From positions 1-64,000 of the IMG/VR virus record IMGVR_UViG_3300044557_000292: DNA of 64,000 nucleotides; one strand, 5' to 3'. The DNA is from a virus. Its lineage: Duplodnaviria > Heunggongvirae > Uroviricota > Caudoviricetes. Of the stretch, positions 18,464 to 29,159 are shown piece after piece. Position numbers and translations under genes: made by a program. The first letter of the stretch is position 1; each line of letters opens with the position of its first letter. Under the pieces are notes generated by a model. It was not told where the DNA came from. It did not search any database and was given only the letters and a program-made list of their open reading frames with translations.

Positions 18464-21145
18464 TTGAAACAAGAATCAAGTATGGGAGACTCCTCAGATT
18501 CCTCAATGAGCGGTACCCGGGAGGATCTTAACGGGAATACTGTCGATTCCACCTCTACACCAACGGTGAGTCCGGAGATGATCAAGCATTCTAATGACTG
18601 GATACGGAATCATCCCAGTGTCCGCAACAAGCACCTGACCCTGAGGAAGATGGATAAGATGCCGTCTTTGAAGATGAGCCCATCAATGGGACACCGTGCT
18701 AGGTGCATTGGTGATAGCATCGCGCTCATGTTGTCCCCGGGAGATTCCGCTAGCCGGTACGCGATCATGAAGAGTCTGGGTCGCGATAACCTCACTGGTG
18801 AACAGCTGATCCTGCATAACGGTAAGAAGTGGATGAGACCGGAGGGAGCTGGTCGGCCGAAGTTCGATCATATCTTCGCCGCGTGGAAGGGGTGGCTTCC
18901 AGTACCCGGGGGGCTGCAACTCCTATCTGAAAGCGTGAATGGTCTTAAGTCTGACATGGATCCATTCCAGTTCAACAGAGACATGTACATGCTTAACGAG
19001 AGGGCTAGCAGTGGCTTCATCTCTCTAAGCGGCTACAGGTCAGTGGGCGGGCTATCATACCAGACCCTCAGTATAGCCAACCAGACGCTTATTGATGATT
19101 ACATCAAGTACGCGATCGAGCATTACTACGAGCCGTACGACTCCTACGGTCTTGGAATCCTCTTCGAGAACGCAACCGGGTATGAGTACGATCTGGAGAC
19201 GCCTGGGAGACGCGTTGGGTCTCAGAGGGATCTCATTGACGTGATGCAGAGGATAGAGGATGCGTTGGTGGCTCCATCCTCGCCTCTTTCACGGTCAACG
19301 TCAGCCGACCAGCAGGGGAATGACCCGTCTGTGTACGCTGGATCGCCTATGATGGATGACCTCACCGTGTACTCGTACTCACGGAGGAAGAATCTCCTAC
19401 CAGCGTCCTCACTGTACAAGATCATCAACGCGGCCATGAGTAGGGTCAATTGCGCGGGTGCAGCTGGTCTTGAATCACTGCCGGATGATATGCTTCTTAA
19501 GATCTTCGTTAGCGTCATCAAGGATGGAGCTGATAGCGATAATGAGAACAATGAGTGGAAGAGCTATCAGCAGTACGGATCATCATTCAAGACTCTTATA
19601 GACGGGAGCCGGGTGAGCACTTCGCCAATCATTCCGTCCAAAGACTGTCTTGAAATGCTACTATACCTGGTTGATGTGGGGATCATAACAAGCATTGGAG
19701 AATGGAATGAGGTCGTTGGGTTCATCGCGAGGTTCCCCGTTAAGAAGGCCGGTCAGAAGACGGAATCTAATGGAGCTAGCAGCGTGAGGAAGGGAGACCT
19801 CATCGAATTCACATTAAAACTGGTCTCGTCCTCCGGGTCTGTTGATAATGCTCTTGATGACTTCAAGAATATGGGCTCGGTGACCAGGGGTCTTATACAG
19901 TCCTTCATCAGTAGTCATGACGTGGTCAGTAACTATGATCTTCATGCGAACCCGGCGTCGAGCAGCCAGTCTATTCAGAGCTCATCATTCATCAACGCTC
20001 TTAGGGACACGTGGAGGAATGCTGCCGGGCATGGGCTTTTGGGAGGCATCACCTCAAGTGATGAGAACCCGTATGATTATAATAGGATTAGGATCGGGTA
20101 CGTTGCGGGCACGATTGGAGATGAGGATCTACGCTCGATATTCGAAGAGTACTCGCTTGCCGTAGCGGCAACATCAAATCATGTTGCCGGTTTCAATACT
20201 GTCATCAGGAAGCTGGGAGACTGGCCGTTCAGGAATGTGGGAGATCTTATCCGTAGGGTTGAGGCGGTGATGGACGATAATCCCAAGGGACTTAGCACTG
20301 AGAATAAGAGAGGGGTGTCGATGCTCGTGTCGATCGTGTGCAAGCATTATGATTGGCCTGAGTTCCACGTGGAGAGCTTCGCTAGGAGGAAGATGAGGGA
20401 GACCATCGAGTCCTGGAAGAGGGATAACCCGGAGTACGCGCTCCTTGTTGACCCGTATGAGTCCTATTATGATGAGCACTGCGCGGGTAAGAAGAGGAAT
20501 CGCATCAGGTCAACGCCTAAGATTCTTGAGTACATTGACGAGGCGAAAGCGTCGCCTCTCAAAATGGGTTCAAGGCCGGTGGACACTGAGATGAGGATCG
20601 TGAAGCGCATGGCTGATAACGCTACCGGCGATACGACCGGCGCGGTAAGTACGGACAGATCTCGTAGGATCGATAGTGGCATCCTGTTCTTCAAGGGGGA
20701 GATCATAGGTAATAGGGATATTGCGAATCTTATCGTTGAGAACGGATGGGCTTACAGGGACGTCCTCGTGGATACGCAGGCTGTCATTGACGAGCTCCCG
20801 CCTACCGGAGATTCCTATGGGCTGTCTAAATTGTCAACCGTCTTGAAGCCAGACGGTGAGTATGACATAAGACTCCTTGAGGAGGGTATGCTTAAGGACC
20901 CGGGATCTACTATCGATAATGCGTTATGGGACATGTATTATAAGTCAGATGCCGCGGGTCAGTCTAGATATTCGTTGACCGGGCAGATGAGGACTCTTGT
21001 CTGCCTGCTCGGAGTACTAGCTAACGAGCATCACGGGACGACAGTTCGTCTTAACGCGCTATGGGAGCTTCTCGCCGGGGGAGTCCTTAACATGAGGGAG
21101 TTCAATGAGGTCATGGAGGAATCAACTGCTGAACTTGAAGCATAA
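18464..21145 (+). CDS. Large hypothetical protein; C-terminal domain paralogous to the next gene
   Basis: 893-aa ORF with AAGGAA RBS. Confidence 0.85.
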   Translation: MKQESSMGDSSDSSMSGTREDLNGNTVDSTSTPTVSPEMIKHSNDWIRNHPSVRNKHLTLRKMDKMPSLKMSPSMGHRARCIGDSIALMLSPGDSASRYAIMKSLGRDNLTGEQLILHNGKKWMRPEGAGRPKFDHIFAAWKGWLPVPGGLQLLSESVNGLKSDMDPFQFNRDMYMLNERASSGFISLSGYRSVGGLSYQTLSIANQTLIDDYIKYAIEHYYEPYDSYGLGILFENATGYEYDLETPGRRVGSQRDLIDVMQRIEDALVAPSSPLSRSTSADQQGNDPSVYAGSPMMDDLTVYSYSRRKNLLPASSLYKIINAAMSRVNCAGAAGLESLPDDMLLKIFVSVIKDGADSDNENNEWKSYQQYGSSFKTLIDGSRVSTSPIIPSKDCLEMLLYLVDVGIITSIGEWNEVVGFIARFPVKKAGQKTESNGASSVRKGDLIEFTLKLVSSSGSVDNALDDFKNMGSVTRGLIQSFISSHDVVSNYDLHANPASSSQSIQSSSFINALRDTWRNAAGHGLLGGITSSDENPYDYNRIRIGYVAGTIGDEDLRSIFEEYSLAVAATSNHVAGFNTVIRKLGDWPFRNVGDLIRRVEAVMDDNPKGLSTENKRGVSMLVSIVCKHYDWPEFHVESFARRKMRETIESWKRDNPEYALLVDPYESYYDEHCAGKKRNRIRSTPKILEYIDEAKASPLKMGSRPVDTEMRIVKRMADNATGDTTGAVSTDRSRRIDSGILFFKGEIIGNRDIANLIVENGWAYRDVLVDTQAVIDELPPTGDSYGLSKLSTVLKPDGEYDIRLLEEGMLKDPGSTIDNALWDMYYKSDAAGQSRYSLTGQMRTLVCLLGVLANEHHGTTVRLNALWELLAGGVLNMREFNEVMEESTAELEA

Positions 21146-21216
21146 GACTATGCCCTGCCAATGGCAGGGAATTCTATTAACGGTATGAGGACATAAGCAA
21201 CTGGAAGGAAGGAATA

Positions 21217-22137
21217 ATGCTAACAAGCATGAAGATAGCAGATCATAACGCTAGACTCTCTCACGGGAGAACGGTCTGGAGTGGAGTTGACAGAACGATC
21301 CCAGTAAGAACGCACGTGGATGGCAAGACGGAGCTTGTGAGACCGACGCATAGCAGTAAAGACTTGGCTAAGATCTGCCCCGGGTACGCAGGCCAACTGG
21401 GTGAGTATGATGACTGGAGATCTAGGGTCATCGCCAAGAACCCTGACCACATGCCGCTATCAGCCCGCCGCCTTGCCGGAATCATCAACGAGATTCCTCC
21501 AGTTGACCCATCCACGCCAGATGCGAACATGAAGCTCGCCCGTGAGATCTACGCGCAGGTCGAATCAGAGCTTGATGATCATGATCGTCGGTCGAATCGC
21601 AAGCTCAGGGATCGTGAGCGTGGACGCAAGCTTAAGATTGCCAGGGATAGCGCCATCATGCTGCTCACCGGCGTCAGTATTGACGACAGTGACGTCGCCC
21701 AGCTCGTCATGGAGAACGGGTGGGAGTACCTGGGGTACCTCACGCGGGTGAAGGGTGAGAGGGACGCCAAGGCTCTTGTGGACGGCGGTGACGCTTGGGC
21801 TAACCCGTCAGTGATCCTTGGACCTGGTACGGGCTACGTCCTCAGTGACATCACCAGGGGAATGCGTGATGATCCCAGTAGAACGGTTACGGTCGAACTG
21901 GGGCGGATGGCCAGTGAGGTGAAGGGCAACAAGAACGCCCTCACGAGGAATATCCGCACGCTCGTGCTCATCCTTCACGTGGCCGCATCTGACGCGGGCG
22001 CTAGGATTCCACTGCTTGAGTCCATGATGGACGGTCTTGAGGGAATGACGAATAGCACGTTCGTCTCGCGGTATGAGAGGGGTACTAGCACTGGGCTGTT
22101 CACGGCCACCGGTGAGCCAATCACCATGTTCTCATGA
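21217..22137 (+). CDS. Hypothetical protein, paralog of the 18464 C-terminal domain
   Basis: Shared L.VENGW.Y, GM..DP..T and LT...RTLV.LL motifs. Confidence 0.85.
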   Translation: MLTSMKIADHNARLSHGRTVWSGVDRTIPVRTHVDGKTELVRPTHSSKDLAKICPGYAGQLGEYDDWRSRVIAKNPDHMPLSARRLAGIINEIPPVDPSTPDANMKLAREIYAQVESELDDHDRRSNRKLRDRERGRKLKIARDSAIMLLTGVSIDDSDVAQLVMENGWEYLGYLTRVKGERDAKALVDGGDAWANPSVILGPGTGYVLSDITRGMRDDPSRTVTVELGRMASEVKGNKNALTRNIRTLVLILHVAASDAGARIPLLESMMDGLEGMTNSTFVSRYERGTSTGLFTATGEPITMFS

Positions 22138-22158
22138 TGAGACTATAATTGAATGAGA

Positions 22159-22260
22159 ATGCCTAGGATGCGTTCTAACGCGCTGTGGCCCAGGTGAGTA
22201 AGAAAACACGCGCCGAGACCCACGGCGCGTCTATGGCGCGTTAGAATACGTCTTAGGCGT
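22159..22260 (+). repeat. Dispersed repeat family A, copy 4 (best-folding)
   Basis: 28-position outer stem plus inner ACGCGCCG/CGGCGCGT hairpin; lies between convergent genes. Confidence 0.9.
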
Positions 22261-22670
22261 ATCTGGTGATCATTCCTCACCACGTCTACTCATCATATGT
22301 GAATCATACGCTGATATGTTAGTTAACATTCAATTTCTTCAGTTCACTGTACTAGAGTTCTTATCTTTAACCTCATGCTCGTTGATCCTCCTCCGGACTT
22401 GCCCTTCGAAGAATTCTGAATCTTCCTTAGAGGATGCGCATCTTAGAGGATGCGTTAGACCATCATGCATAGTGAGATCATATTCATCATTCTGCATAGT
22501 CTCATAATAGTACGCGGCTGCCTCTGATAACCTTGAAAGGTATCGATGATCATCACGATCATTAACGTATTGGACTTATAGGAATTGGATAGATCTTCAA
22601 CCTTCTCGTTAATAGTCTCAGTCATAATTAGCCCTTCCAATTCCATTAATGATGAGTTTTAACTTAATAT

Positions 22671-23528
22671 TCAGATGAATGCTCCTATGATCTTCCCGAA
22701 CGGTTCGGCATCCACGCTAGCTCCGCCCACAAGTACCCCACTCACGCTCGGGATGTCCGCGATCTTGTCCGCATTGTCTTCATTCACGGATCCACCGTAC
22801 AGTACTGGAATCCTCCCAGCCCCATGGAATTGGGTGACGTGATGGCGGATCCTGCTCACCATGCGGTCAATCTCATCCACGGTGGGCACGTTACCAGTAC
22901 CAATCGCCCATACGGGCTCGTACGCGATCACAATCCTGGCTGTCTCGTATGGGTCAAGGTCAGAGAGGACAGACAATTGGCCAGTAACTGACGCCCACGA
23001 CTCATCATCGTACGAAGATGGACTCCTCAACTCCGTGGATGCGGTGAGACTATTCTGGTCAGTAGCGTCATGATCCTCAGCGTTATCACCAACGCACAGG
23101 ATTGGCGTCATGCCGGCATCAAGAATCGTGCGTAGCTTACGACGGATGCACGCATCGTCCTCATGGTGGTAACGTTTGCGCTCACTGTGGCCAACGAGCA
23201 CGTACTTGCAGCCAAGGGCTGCGAGCATGGACGCGGACACGTCACCCGTGTACGCCCCGCCCTGCACGTCGGATACGGTCTGCGCTCCGATCGTGATTGG
23301 GATGTGATGCTTACCAGCATACTGACAGACCGGGTGGATGGCCGTGAATGATGGAAGCACGATAACCTCAGCATTGTCGGCATCATCAGCATCCTTGAGC
23401 ACATGAGAGAGCTTGTGGATGAGCTCACGCCCCTCGTTATGGTCAATCTTCATCTTCCAGTTACCGATGACCAGACGTTTGTTTGAATCACGATTCCTGT
23501 TCATATGCGATTCCATCCTCTTGTTCAT
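22671..23528 (-). CDS. tpiA: Triosephosphate isomerase
   Basis: GNWKM, GAYTGDVS, VGHSER, IAYEPVWAIGTG, LYGGSV, GVLVGGAS. Confidence 0.97.
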   Translation of the reverse strand: MNKRMESHMNRNRDSNKRLVIGNWKMKIDHNEGRELIHKLSHVLKDADDADNAEVIVLPSFTAIHPVCQYAGKHHIPITIGAQTVSDVQGGAYTGDVSASMLAALGCKYVLVGHSERKRYHHEDDACIRRKLRTILDAGMTPILCVGDNAEDHDATDQNSLTASTELRSPSSYDDESWASVTGQLSVLSDLDPYETARIVIAYEPVWAIGTGNVPTVDEIDRMVSRIRHHVTQFHGAGRIPVLYGGSVNEDNADKIADIPSVSGVLVGGASVDAEPFGKIIGAFI

Positions 23529-23641
23529 CCTATTCTTGCATTCGGCTCATCCATAGTCCTGCGTGAGGAGTAGCCCCGATGGGGAAGTGGCATCATCGGT
23601 TGAAGCATCATCGTTATCAGTGGGGGCATTCCTCACAACCG

Positions 23642-24652
23642 TCAACTCGGATGGACATCAGATGTCCTCCGCTCAAGATCAAAGAATCTGATCATGGCCT
23701 CAACCTTATCAGCCATGGCCTTCGTGGGAGATTTGAGGAGCGAGCGCGGGTCATACAGCTTCCCGGCAATCACCCCGTCCTCACCGATACCGGTAAGACG
23801 ATTAGCCTGCTTGATGATCTCATGATAGAATACAAGCTGAAGCTCAGTGTTCACATTGATCTTCGTGACGCCGTTCACGATGGCCTTTATAATCTGGTCA
23901 TCGGGAATGCCAGACCCTCCGTGGAGTACGAGTGGCATGTCCAACCCATTCATGCCTAGGGCGTCTCTCAACTTGGACAGGTATTCGAAGTGAAGCCCAC
24001 CCCAATCCTTTGGATACGGCCCGTGAATGTTACCAATGCCAACAGCCATCATGTCTGGGCGCAGTGTGGCCATTCTGAGGACGTCCTCTATGGGCGAGGT
24101 CTCACCAGACCCGTACACGCCATCCTCACTGCCTCCAATCGTCCCCACCTCAACCTCAACACTCACACCGCGACTATGGGCTTCGAAGATAATCTCCCGA
24201 GACCGCGCCACGTTCTCCTCGATTGGAAGAGCGGATCCGTCGAACATGACAGAGGTGAACCCGGCATCAATGGCCTCAAGGCAGCTATCATAGTCAGCAT
24301 GATCCGCGTGCAGCACTGGGAACCAACCCTGCGGGACCTCACCGTTCTGCTTCTCGTACTCGATGAGGTCAACGATCATGTCATGGGCGAGCTTGTACCC
24401 TCCCATGTACTTGGCTGCCCCCATCGTTACCTGGAGGATCACGTCATGCGGACGACCCCTCTTCACTGATGCCGCCCCATCAATGATCGCGTGAGCCCAC
24501 TCCAGGTTGTTCACGTTGAACGCGCCGATCCCAATGGTTGCATTGTACGCCCTCCAGACCACTCCGCGCGATGGCTGGATAACCATGTGCTCGGTATCAT
24601 GGAGAGTAGTACTACTCTGCTTCTTGTCCTTCTCTATTATTGATGTCATCAC
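23642..24652 (-). CDS. fba: Class II fructose-1,6-bisphosphate aldolase
   Basis: IGAFNVNNLEW, LHADH, GFTSVMFDGS, SVEVEVGTIGG.ED, GIGNIHG, LVLHGGSG, KINVNTE, YDPR. Confidence 0.95.
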   Translation of the reverse strand: MMTSIIEKDKKQSSTTLHDTEHMVIQPSRGVVWRAYNATIGIGAFNVNNLEWAHAIIDGAASVKRGRPHDVILQVTMGAAKYMGGYKLAHDMIVDLIEYEKQNGEVPQGWFPVLHADHADYDSCLEAIDAGFTSVMFDGSALPIEENVARSREIIFEAHSRGVSVEVEVGTIGGSEDGVYGSGETSPIEDVLRMATLRPDMMAVGIGNIHGPYPKDWGGLHFEYLSKLRDALGMNGLDMPLVLHGGSGIPDDQIIKAIVNGVTKINVNTELQLVFYHEIIKQANRLTGIGEDGVIAGKLYDPRSLLKSPTKAMADKVEAMIRFFDLERRTSDVHPS

Positions 24653-24858
24653 AGCTTCTCCTCAAGATCATCAAGCGGGTTAGACAGGGCAACCTCGCTT
24701 CCAATTCCAACGGGGTCATCACGATCCTCCTCGAAGAGGTTGAAAGCCCTTCTACGATTCAACTCATCAACATAATCCTTGGCATCATCCTGCGTTCCCG
24801 TGAACACACCACTGTTCCCGTAGCCATCAATGTAAACGTATCGTTTCTCAGCACCCAT
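24649..24858 (-). CDS. Small hypothetical protein
   Basis: 69 aa, coupled to the fba start; -10-like GTTATAAT upstream. Confidence 0.5.
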   Translation of the reverse strand: MGAEKRYVYIDGYGNSGVFTGTQDDAKDYVDELNRRRAFNLFEEDRDDPVGIGSEVALSNPLDDLEEKL

Positions 24859-25254
24859 ATCACAGATCTTATCTACTAAGTTTTTCTAACAATTCCATTA
24901 TAACACAAAATCAATCGCGATGAATCTGAATTCTTCATTTAGACGCAATGAAGCCTATGGTATTATTTCTCGTTAATTGAATCGGTGAACAAATAAGGAT
25001 TAGAGATAGAATGGTTCCGTTATTGCTCGGTATCTTCGTATCGACTGGAGGCGTCTTGCTCGGCAGCTTGACGTGATGATGGTCGGAGGAGTGGATGAGA
25101 AGTGCTCTAGTCCTATCTTCCTGAACGTGTCATCATCAATAAGTTTTGCTGGGATAACGGGGACCATTACCTCCAACAGGTAACCGTCACGATCAGTTAG
25201 CTGCCGGCGGGGTTATCAGCACGCCAGCGACTGCCTTCACGTTGGTAAGAACTG

Positions 25255-25815
25255 TCACGATTCAAACCTTCCAGTCTTCCCCAGTAGGTATCTTGTCACG
25301 GCCGGCCAGTCGGGGTACGGTTCAAATCCGAATCGTATGAGCTCACCCCTGAATTCAGATGCACCGTGGAAAGGCCAATCATCGATCAGATAGTCACCAC
25401 GGAGTAACTCCTTGTGATGAGTGAAGATCACGTGCTTGTAGAACGGGTTCTCGGGTCCGGATCCTCCGAACCAGCTCTTCACCCACCATAGCTTCTCACG
25501 AGCACCATCATCGTTATCCCACGGGTTCGTTGAGGCAATATAAAGCTCGTAGTCATCCTTGAGGGCGTCCACGGCATGGACAGCACCGGGCACTGGGTCA
25601 AGGTGAGCGAAGATGCCCGGCCAACAATCTGGACGCTTGTCCCCAGTGACGAGACCAGATGCCATCAACTCGTCAGCATACTTGTTGAAGTCGGCCAGCG
25701 TACCGTCCATGTCAAAAAAGACGATAGGCTTCACGTGGTTCGTGTCCACGTGATGGCTGCTCCCATTATCACGGGCAATGCTGGTATCATTGCTAATCTG
25801 CTTGTTATCAGTCAT
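25255..25815 (-). CDS. 5'(3')-deoxyribonucleotidase (HAD, NT5C family)
   Basis: FDMDGTLADF, P.PGA..AV..L, IAST.PW, EKL.WV, H.KELLRGDYLIDD. Confidence 0.92.
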   Translation of the reverse strand: MTDNKQISNDTSIARDNGSSHHVDTNHVKPIVFFDMDGTLADFNKYADELMASGLVTGDKRPDCWPGIFAHLDPVPGAVHAVDALKDDYELYIASTNPWDNDDGAREKLWWVKSWFGGSGPENPFYKHVIFTHHKELLRGDYLIDDWPFHGASEFRGELIRFGFEPYPDWPAVTRYLLGKTGRFES

Positions 25816-26072
25816 CAGAATCCTCTCTCCTCAGCGTCACGTCTGACAGCCGCAGACTCTTCATCAAGCTTATTCCTAACCCACTCGTCATAAACCTCAT
25901 CACGGGAATTCCACTCGGCGTCGAGCCCATCTTCACGTTGCTCTTTCAGACGCTCCCCCTCAAGCTCGGCTATCCATTCCGCGTACATGTAAACCTCTTC
26001 CCTCGCTTGCTGCTCGCGATAAGCATCAAACTCAGCCTGTTCGTCTTTCGTCACGTCTACACTCCGATTCAT
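25815..26072 (-). CDS. Small acidic hypothetical protein
   Basis: 85 aa; stop overlaps the next start. Confidence 0.6.
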   Translation of the reverse strand: MNRSVDVTKDEQAEFDAYREQQAREEVYMYAEWIAELEGERLKEQREDGLDAEWNSRDEVYDEWVRNKLDEESAAVRRDAEERGF

Positions 26073-26259
26073 AGACTTAATCTGTTAACGATTCCATCAT
26101 ATCATAGACTAGCGACGATATGATGGAATCGCTTCGTTTTATTGGGGTGAATGGAGGTAAGATTGATCGTAATGCTTATCTTGAAAGATTCTCAGCACTA
26201 TTGGAGATGAGTACCTCTATGGTGAGAACAATGGGAAAGATTAAGATAAGTGGATGGGA

Positions 26260-26349
26260 GGATGCGTTCTAACGCGCCGTGGCCCAGGTGAGTAAGGGAA
26301 AACACGCACCGAGGGCCACGGCGCGTCTAAGGCGCGTTAGAACACGTCT
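26260..26349 (+). repeat. Dispersed repeat family A, copy 5
   Basis: GGATGCGTTCTAACGCGCC...GGCGCGTTAGAACACGTCT. Confidence 0.9.
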
Positions 26350-26377
26350 GAACGCATATGGGGAGCTAATCCTCGTC

Positions 26378-26581
26378 CTAATCCTCAAAGCTGGTGGCGA
26401 ACCCGCTTGATACTGACACGAGGAGGCTCGTGAGTTCTGACTCGTGCTCGGACCCCTCCAATGACTCGAAGTCGTCAATCGCATCCACGCCAAGCGTCTC
26501 GTCGATCATGTACCCCGGTACACCCCACTCGTTCATGAGTACTTGCACCGCGTCAGATACCGTTACTGCCATCCCAATCAT
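26378..26581 (-). CDS. Small acidic hypothetical protein
   Basis: Has its own GGCGTGTC-N15-GTTATGAT promoter (26624-26654) and GGGAG RBS. Confidence 0.6.
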   Translation of the reverse strand: MIGMAVTVSDAVQVLMNEWGVPGYMIDETLGVDAIDDFESLEGSEHESELTSLLVSVSSGFATSFED

Positions 26582-26836
26582 CTCCCGCTATCAGCGGCAA
26601 TCCACCTGTTAACCAATGATTCCATCATAACATGGAGATCATATAAGACACGCCAATCTCAACACCTTATCCTTGAATCAGCTGAACCGCTCTAGCACAT
26701 CAATCCGTTAACAGAATCCGTCCAAGAGTGATCATGCGGTCAATCTTGTCCTCATCCAGGGGAGTACTGATTCTTCTCCAGTACTCCCCCATTCCGTCTA
26801 GGACCAACCTTGATCTACCCTAGACGACCATCAGGC

Positions 26837-27421
26837 TCAATGTCTAATCGGCTTGAATCCAAAGATTCCAGCCGCTATGCTCTCGGGGAATGCCTCCACC
26901 TTGTTATCATACGATTCCACAGCCCGGTTGTACTTGATCTTCTCGTAACTGATTCGATTCTCTGATCCCTGCACGTCAATCATGAAGTTCTTCACGGTCG
27001 TGTTCGTCTTCAACTCGGGGTAAGACTCCCGGATGACCTTCACGAGGTCATCAGACGCTTTAGTGATCGAGTCAGACGCATCTGGCTTCTCATACTTGCC
27101 AGCATCCTCGTACAATGATCGAGCTTCCTCAAGAGTGGTGAGCGTTGCCTGCTCCTGCTTCATTGACGCCTTCACCGTGTCTATCATTGGGGGAATGAGA
27201 TCCGCCCTCCTCTGGAGAACGTTATCAACCTGCGAGTACCTCGTCTCGACATCATTCCTAGCGTTCACGAGATCATTATAAGAATACGATAGCCATCCCC
27301 CAATGATGATGAGAACAATAATAATACCAGCAATGATCTTTCCTATGGTTCGCTTCCGGTTCACCATGACGATCCTCCGCCGCCTCCGCCGAATGAGTCG
27401 TCTCCGCCAGATCCTGACCAT
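26837..27421 (-). CDS. lemA: LemA family protein (likely start MVNRKR near 27367)
   Basis: TM, YNDLV, SQVDNVLQRRADLIP, ESYPELK, ENRI, YN.AV..Y, FP.SI.AGIFGF. Confidence 0.93.
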   Translation of the reverse strand: MVRIWRRRLIRRRRRRIVMVNRKRTIGKIIAGIIIVLIIIGGWLSYSYNDLVNARNDVETRYSQVDNVLQRRADLIPPMIDTVKASMKQEQATLTTLEEARSLYEDAGKYEKPDASDSITKASDDLVKVIRESYPELKTNTTVKNFMIDVQGSENRISYEKIKYNRAVESYDNKVEAFPESIAAGIFGFKPIRH

Positions 27422-28356
27422 CCATCATCGGAACTGTCATAATCATCGCCTACGCCGTCGCCGCCGCCGGAAGATATTCCGCTGCCACCACTGAAAAAGA
27501 TCCTGGCCATGCCGATGACGGTGCTGATGACGGCCACCACGATGGCGATGAGGCCGATAATGAGCATAATAAGGTCGGGTAATGCCATACTTCCCACATT
27601 GATTTTTTCATTGTTTTTATTGTTGATAGTATTCTGCTGGCGCTTAAGATCTTTCACTGAGTACTTACCGTGAAGATACGGGCTTACCTTCGACAACACC
27701 TTCTGCACTCCCGAATCGTAATCCTTACTCTTGTAGTCACCATGAATAGAATCATCGTCTAGAAGGTTAGTCGCGATCACATCAGTGATCTTATCCTCCA
27801 TGCCGTAACCCGTGGCGAGGAAGTCCTTATGCTCATCCACATCAAGGACATACACGAGGCCATTATTCTTATCCTTCGAGCCTATCCCGTACTGATTGCC
27901 CTTATCCGCCGCGAACGTTGAGATGTCCGCCCCATTCAGGGTCTTCACGGTGACCACCAGAATCTCGGGGGATCCATCCACCTTCTTCAGGCTATTGTTT
28001 AGATTACTGATAGACTCATCAGTCTCCCTTGAGAGAACCTTCGCATTGTCCTCAACGAACGGGGTGCTCGCATCATAATGCTTCCTGCTGACATCACTTG
28101 ATGAGGATGATGAGATTACAGACGCATTATCAGAGGATGCTCTTCTCATCGATGAGAAGAGGGAACCCGCTATGAGGATGGAAGCAATGATAATGATCAG
28201 GATAAACTTCCCGTGGCTGGTATGCTTACTGACAGTATCATGATTCATGTCATGATCGTTATCATCGTGATTATCCTGCGAGTCGAATAGGCTTACCCCA
28301 GAGTCGTCTTCATCATCAAGATTCTTATCAGGAATCTTATCAGGTCTTCGTATCAT
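27361..28356 (-). CDS. TPM-domain (DUF477) membrane protein
   Basis: VEDNAKVLS, ILVVTVKTL.G.DI..FA, GIG.KDKNNG, TGYGME..ITD; Gly/Ser tail GGDDSFGGGGGGSSW; adjacent to LemA. Confidence 0.9.
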   Translation of the reverse strand: MIRRPDKIPDKNLDDEDDSGVSLFDSQDNHDDNDHDMNHDTVSKHTSHGKFILIIIIASILIAGSLFSSMRRASSDNASVISSSSSSDVSRKHYDASTPFVEDNAKVLSRETDESISNLNNSLKKVDGSPEILVVTVKTLNGADISTFAADKGNQYGIGSKDKNNGLVYVLDVDEHKDFLATGYGMEDKITDVIATNLLDDDSIHGDYKSKDYDSGVQKVLSKVSPYLHGKYSVKDLKRQQNTINNKNNEKINVGSMALPDLIMLIIGLIAIVVAVISTVIGMARIFFSGGSGISSGGGDGVGDDYDSSDDGWSGSGGDDSFGGGGGGSSW

Positions 28357-28492
28357 AGATTCATTCTCCTAAAATCTATCCATTGCCAGACTTAGCAGGA
28401 TTAAAATATCACCTCATCTAGTTAACGTTAGAATAGGCTCATAGAACTGGCCTTGGAAAGATCAGAATGGTCTAGCTGATTGATTGATCGTA

Positions 28493-29068
28493 TCAGATGA
28501 ATATTGGATGCTCGGGATCCCAGTGCGTGTCATACCTCCCGTTAGCGAAGAGTCCACCGCCACCCGGATCCTCAACACGATACCATCCATCGGGAGCCAT
28601 CGTGCTGGCGTCTCTTGAGAACTCCACCTGACCGCTCTCCGGGTCAACGAATGCTATCCTAGCGTCTGTCGGAACGAGCCCAGCGTGCAGCTTGGGGTCA
28701 AGATGCTCTTCAACAACATGATCGCTCCTATTCGCCGAGTTAACGACAGCTCCCCCACTGAATAATAGAATGATTAGGGCGATAATGGCTCCAAGCACGA
28801 CTTGTATTGACCTAGTGCCAAGCCAGAACAGGAACCACCAGTTCTTCCATACTGCAAGACCTATGGCTGGAATGATGAACAAGAATCTGAACTTCACGAG
28901 GAATCTTGAGATTCTAATAATGATCTTGAGGACGGGTGACGGCCTCCTCCTACTTCCCCATACTGCTAGCAGGATTGGAAGTACGAGCGACGTGAGAACG
29001 ATGACTGTGATCATGAGCCCAGTAGCCCACCAGTCAAGATCCGTGTTGGGATTAAAACTCACATTCAT
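28493..29068 (-). CDS. Hypothetical membrane protein
   Basis: 191 aa with 3 TM segments. Confidence 0.65.
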   Translation of the reverse strand: MNVSFNPNTDLDWWATGLMITVIVLTSLVLPILLAVWGSRRRPSPVLKIIIRISRFLVKFRFLFIIPAIGLAVWKNWWFLFWLGTRSIQVVLGAIIALIILLFSGGAVVNSANRSDHVVEEHLDPKLHAGLVPTDARIAFVDPESGQVEFSRDASTMAPDGWYRVEDPGGGGLFANGRYDTHWDPEHPIFI

Positions 29069-29159
29069 AGTCCACCATCATTCCTCCTGCCTGACAGTAC
29101 GGGCAGTCCTTATGCTCATCTTTCCTATAAGTAAGATATTGATATCGTCAGTGATCTCA

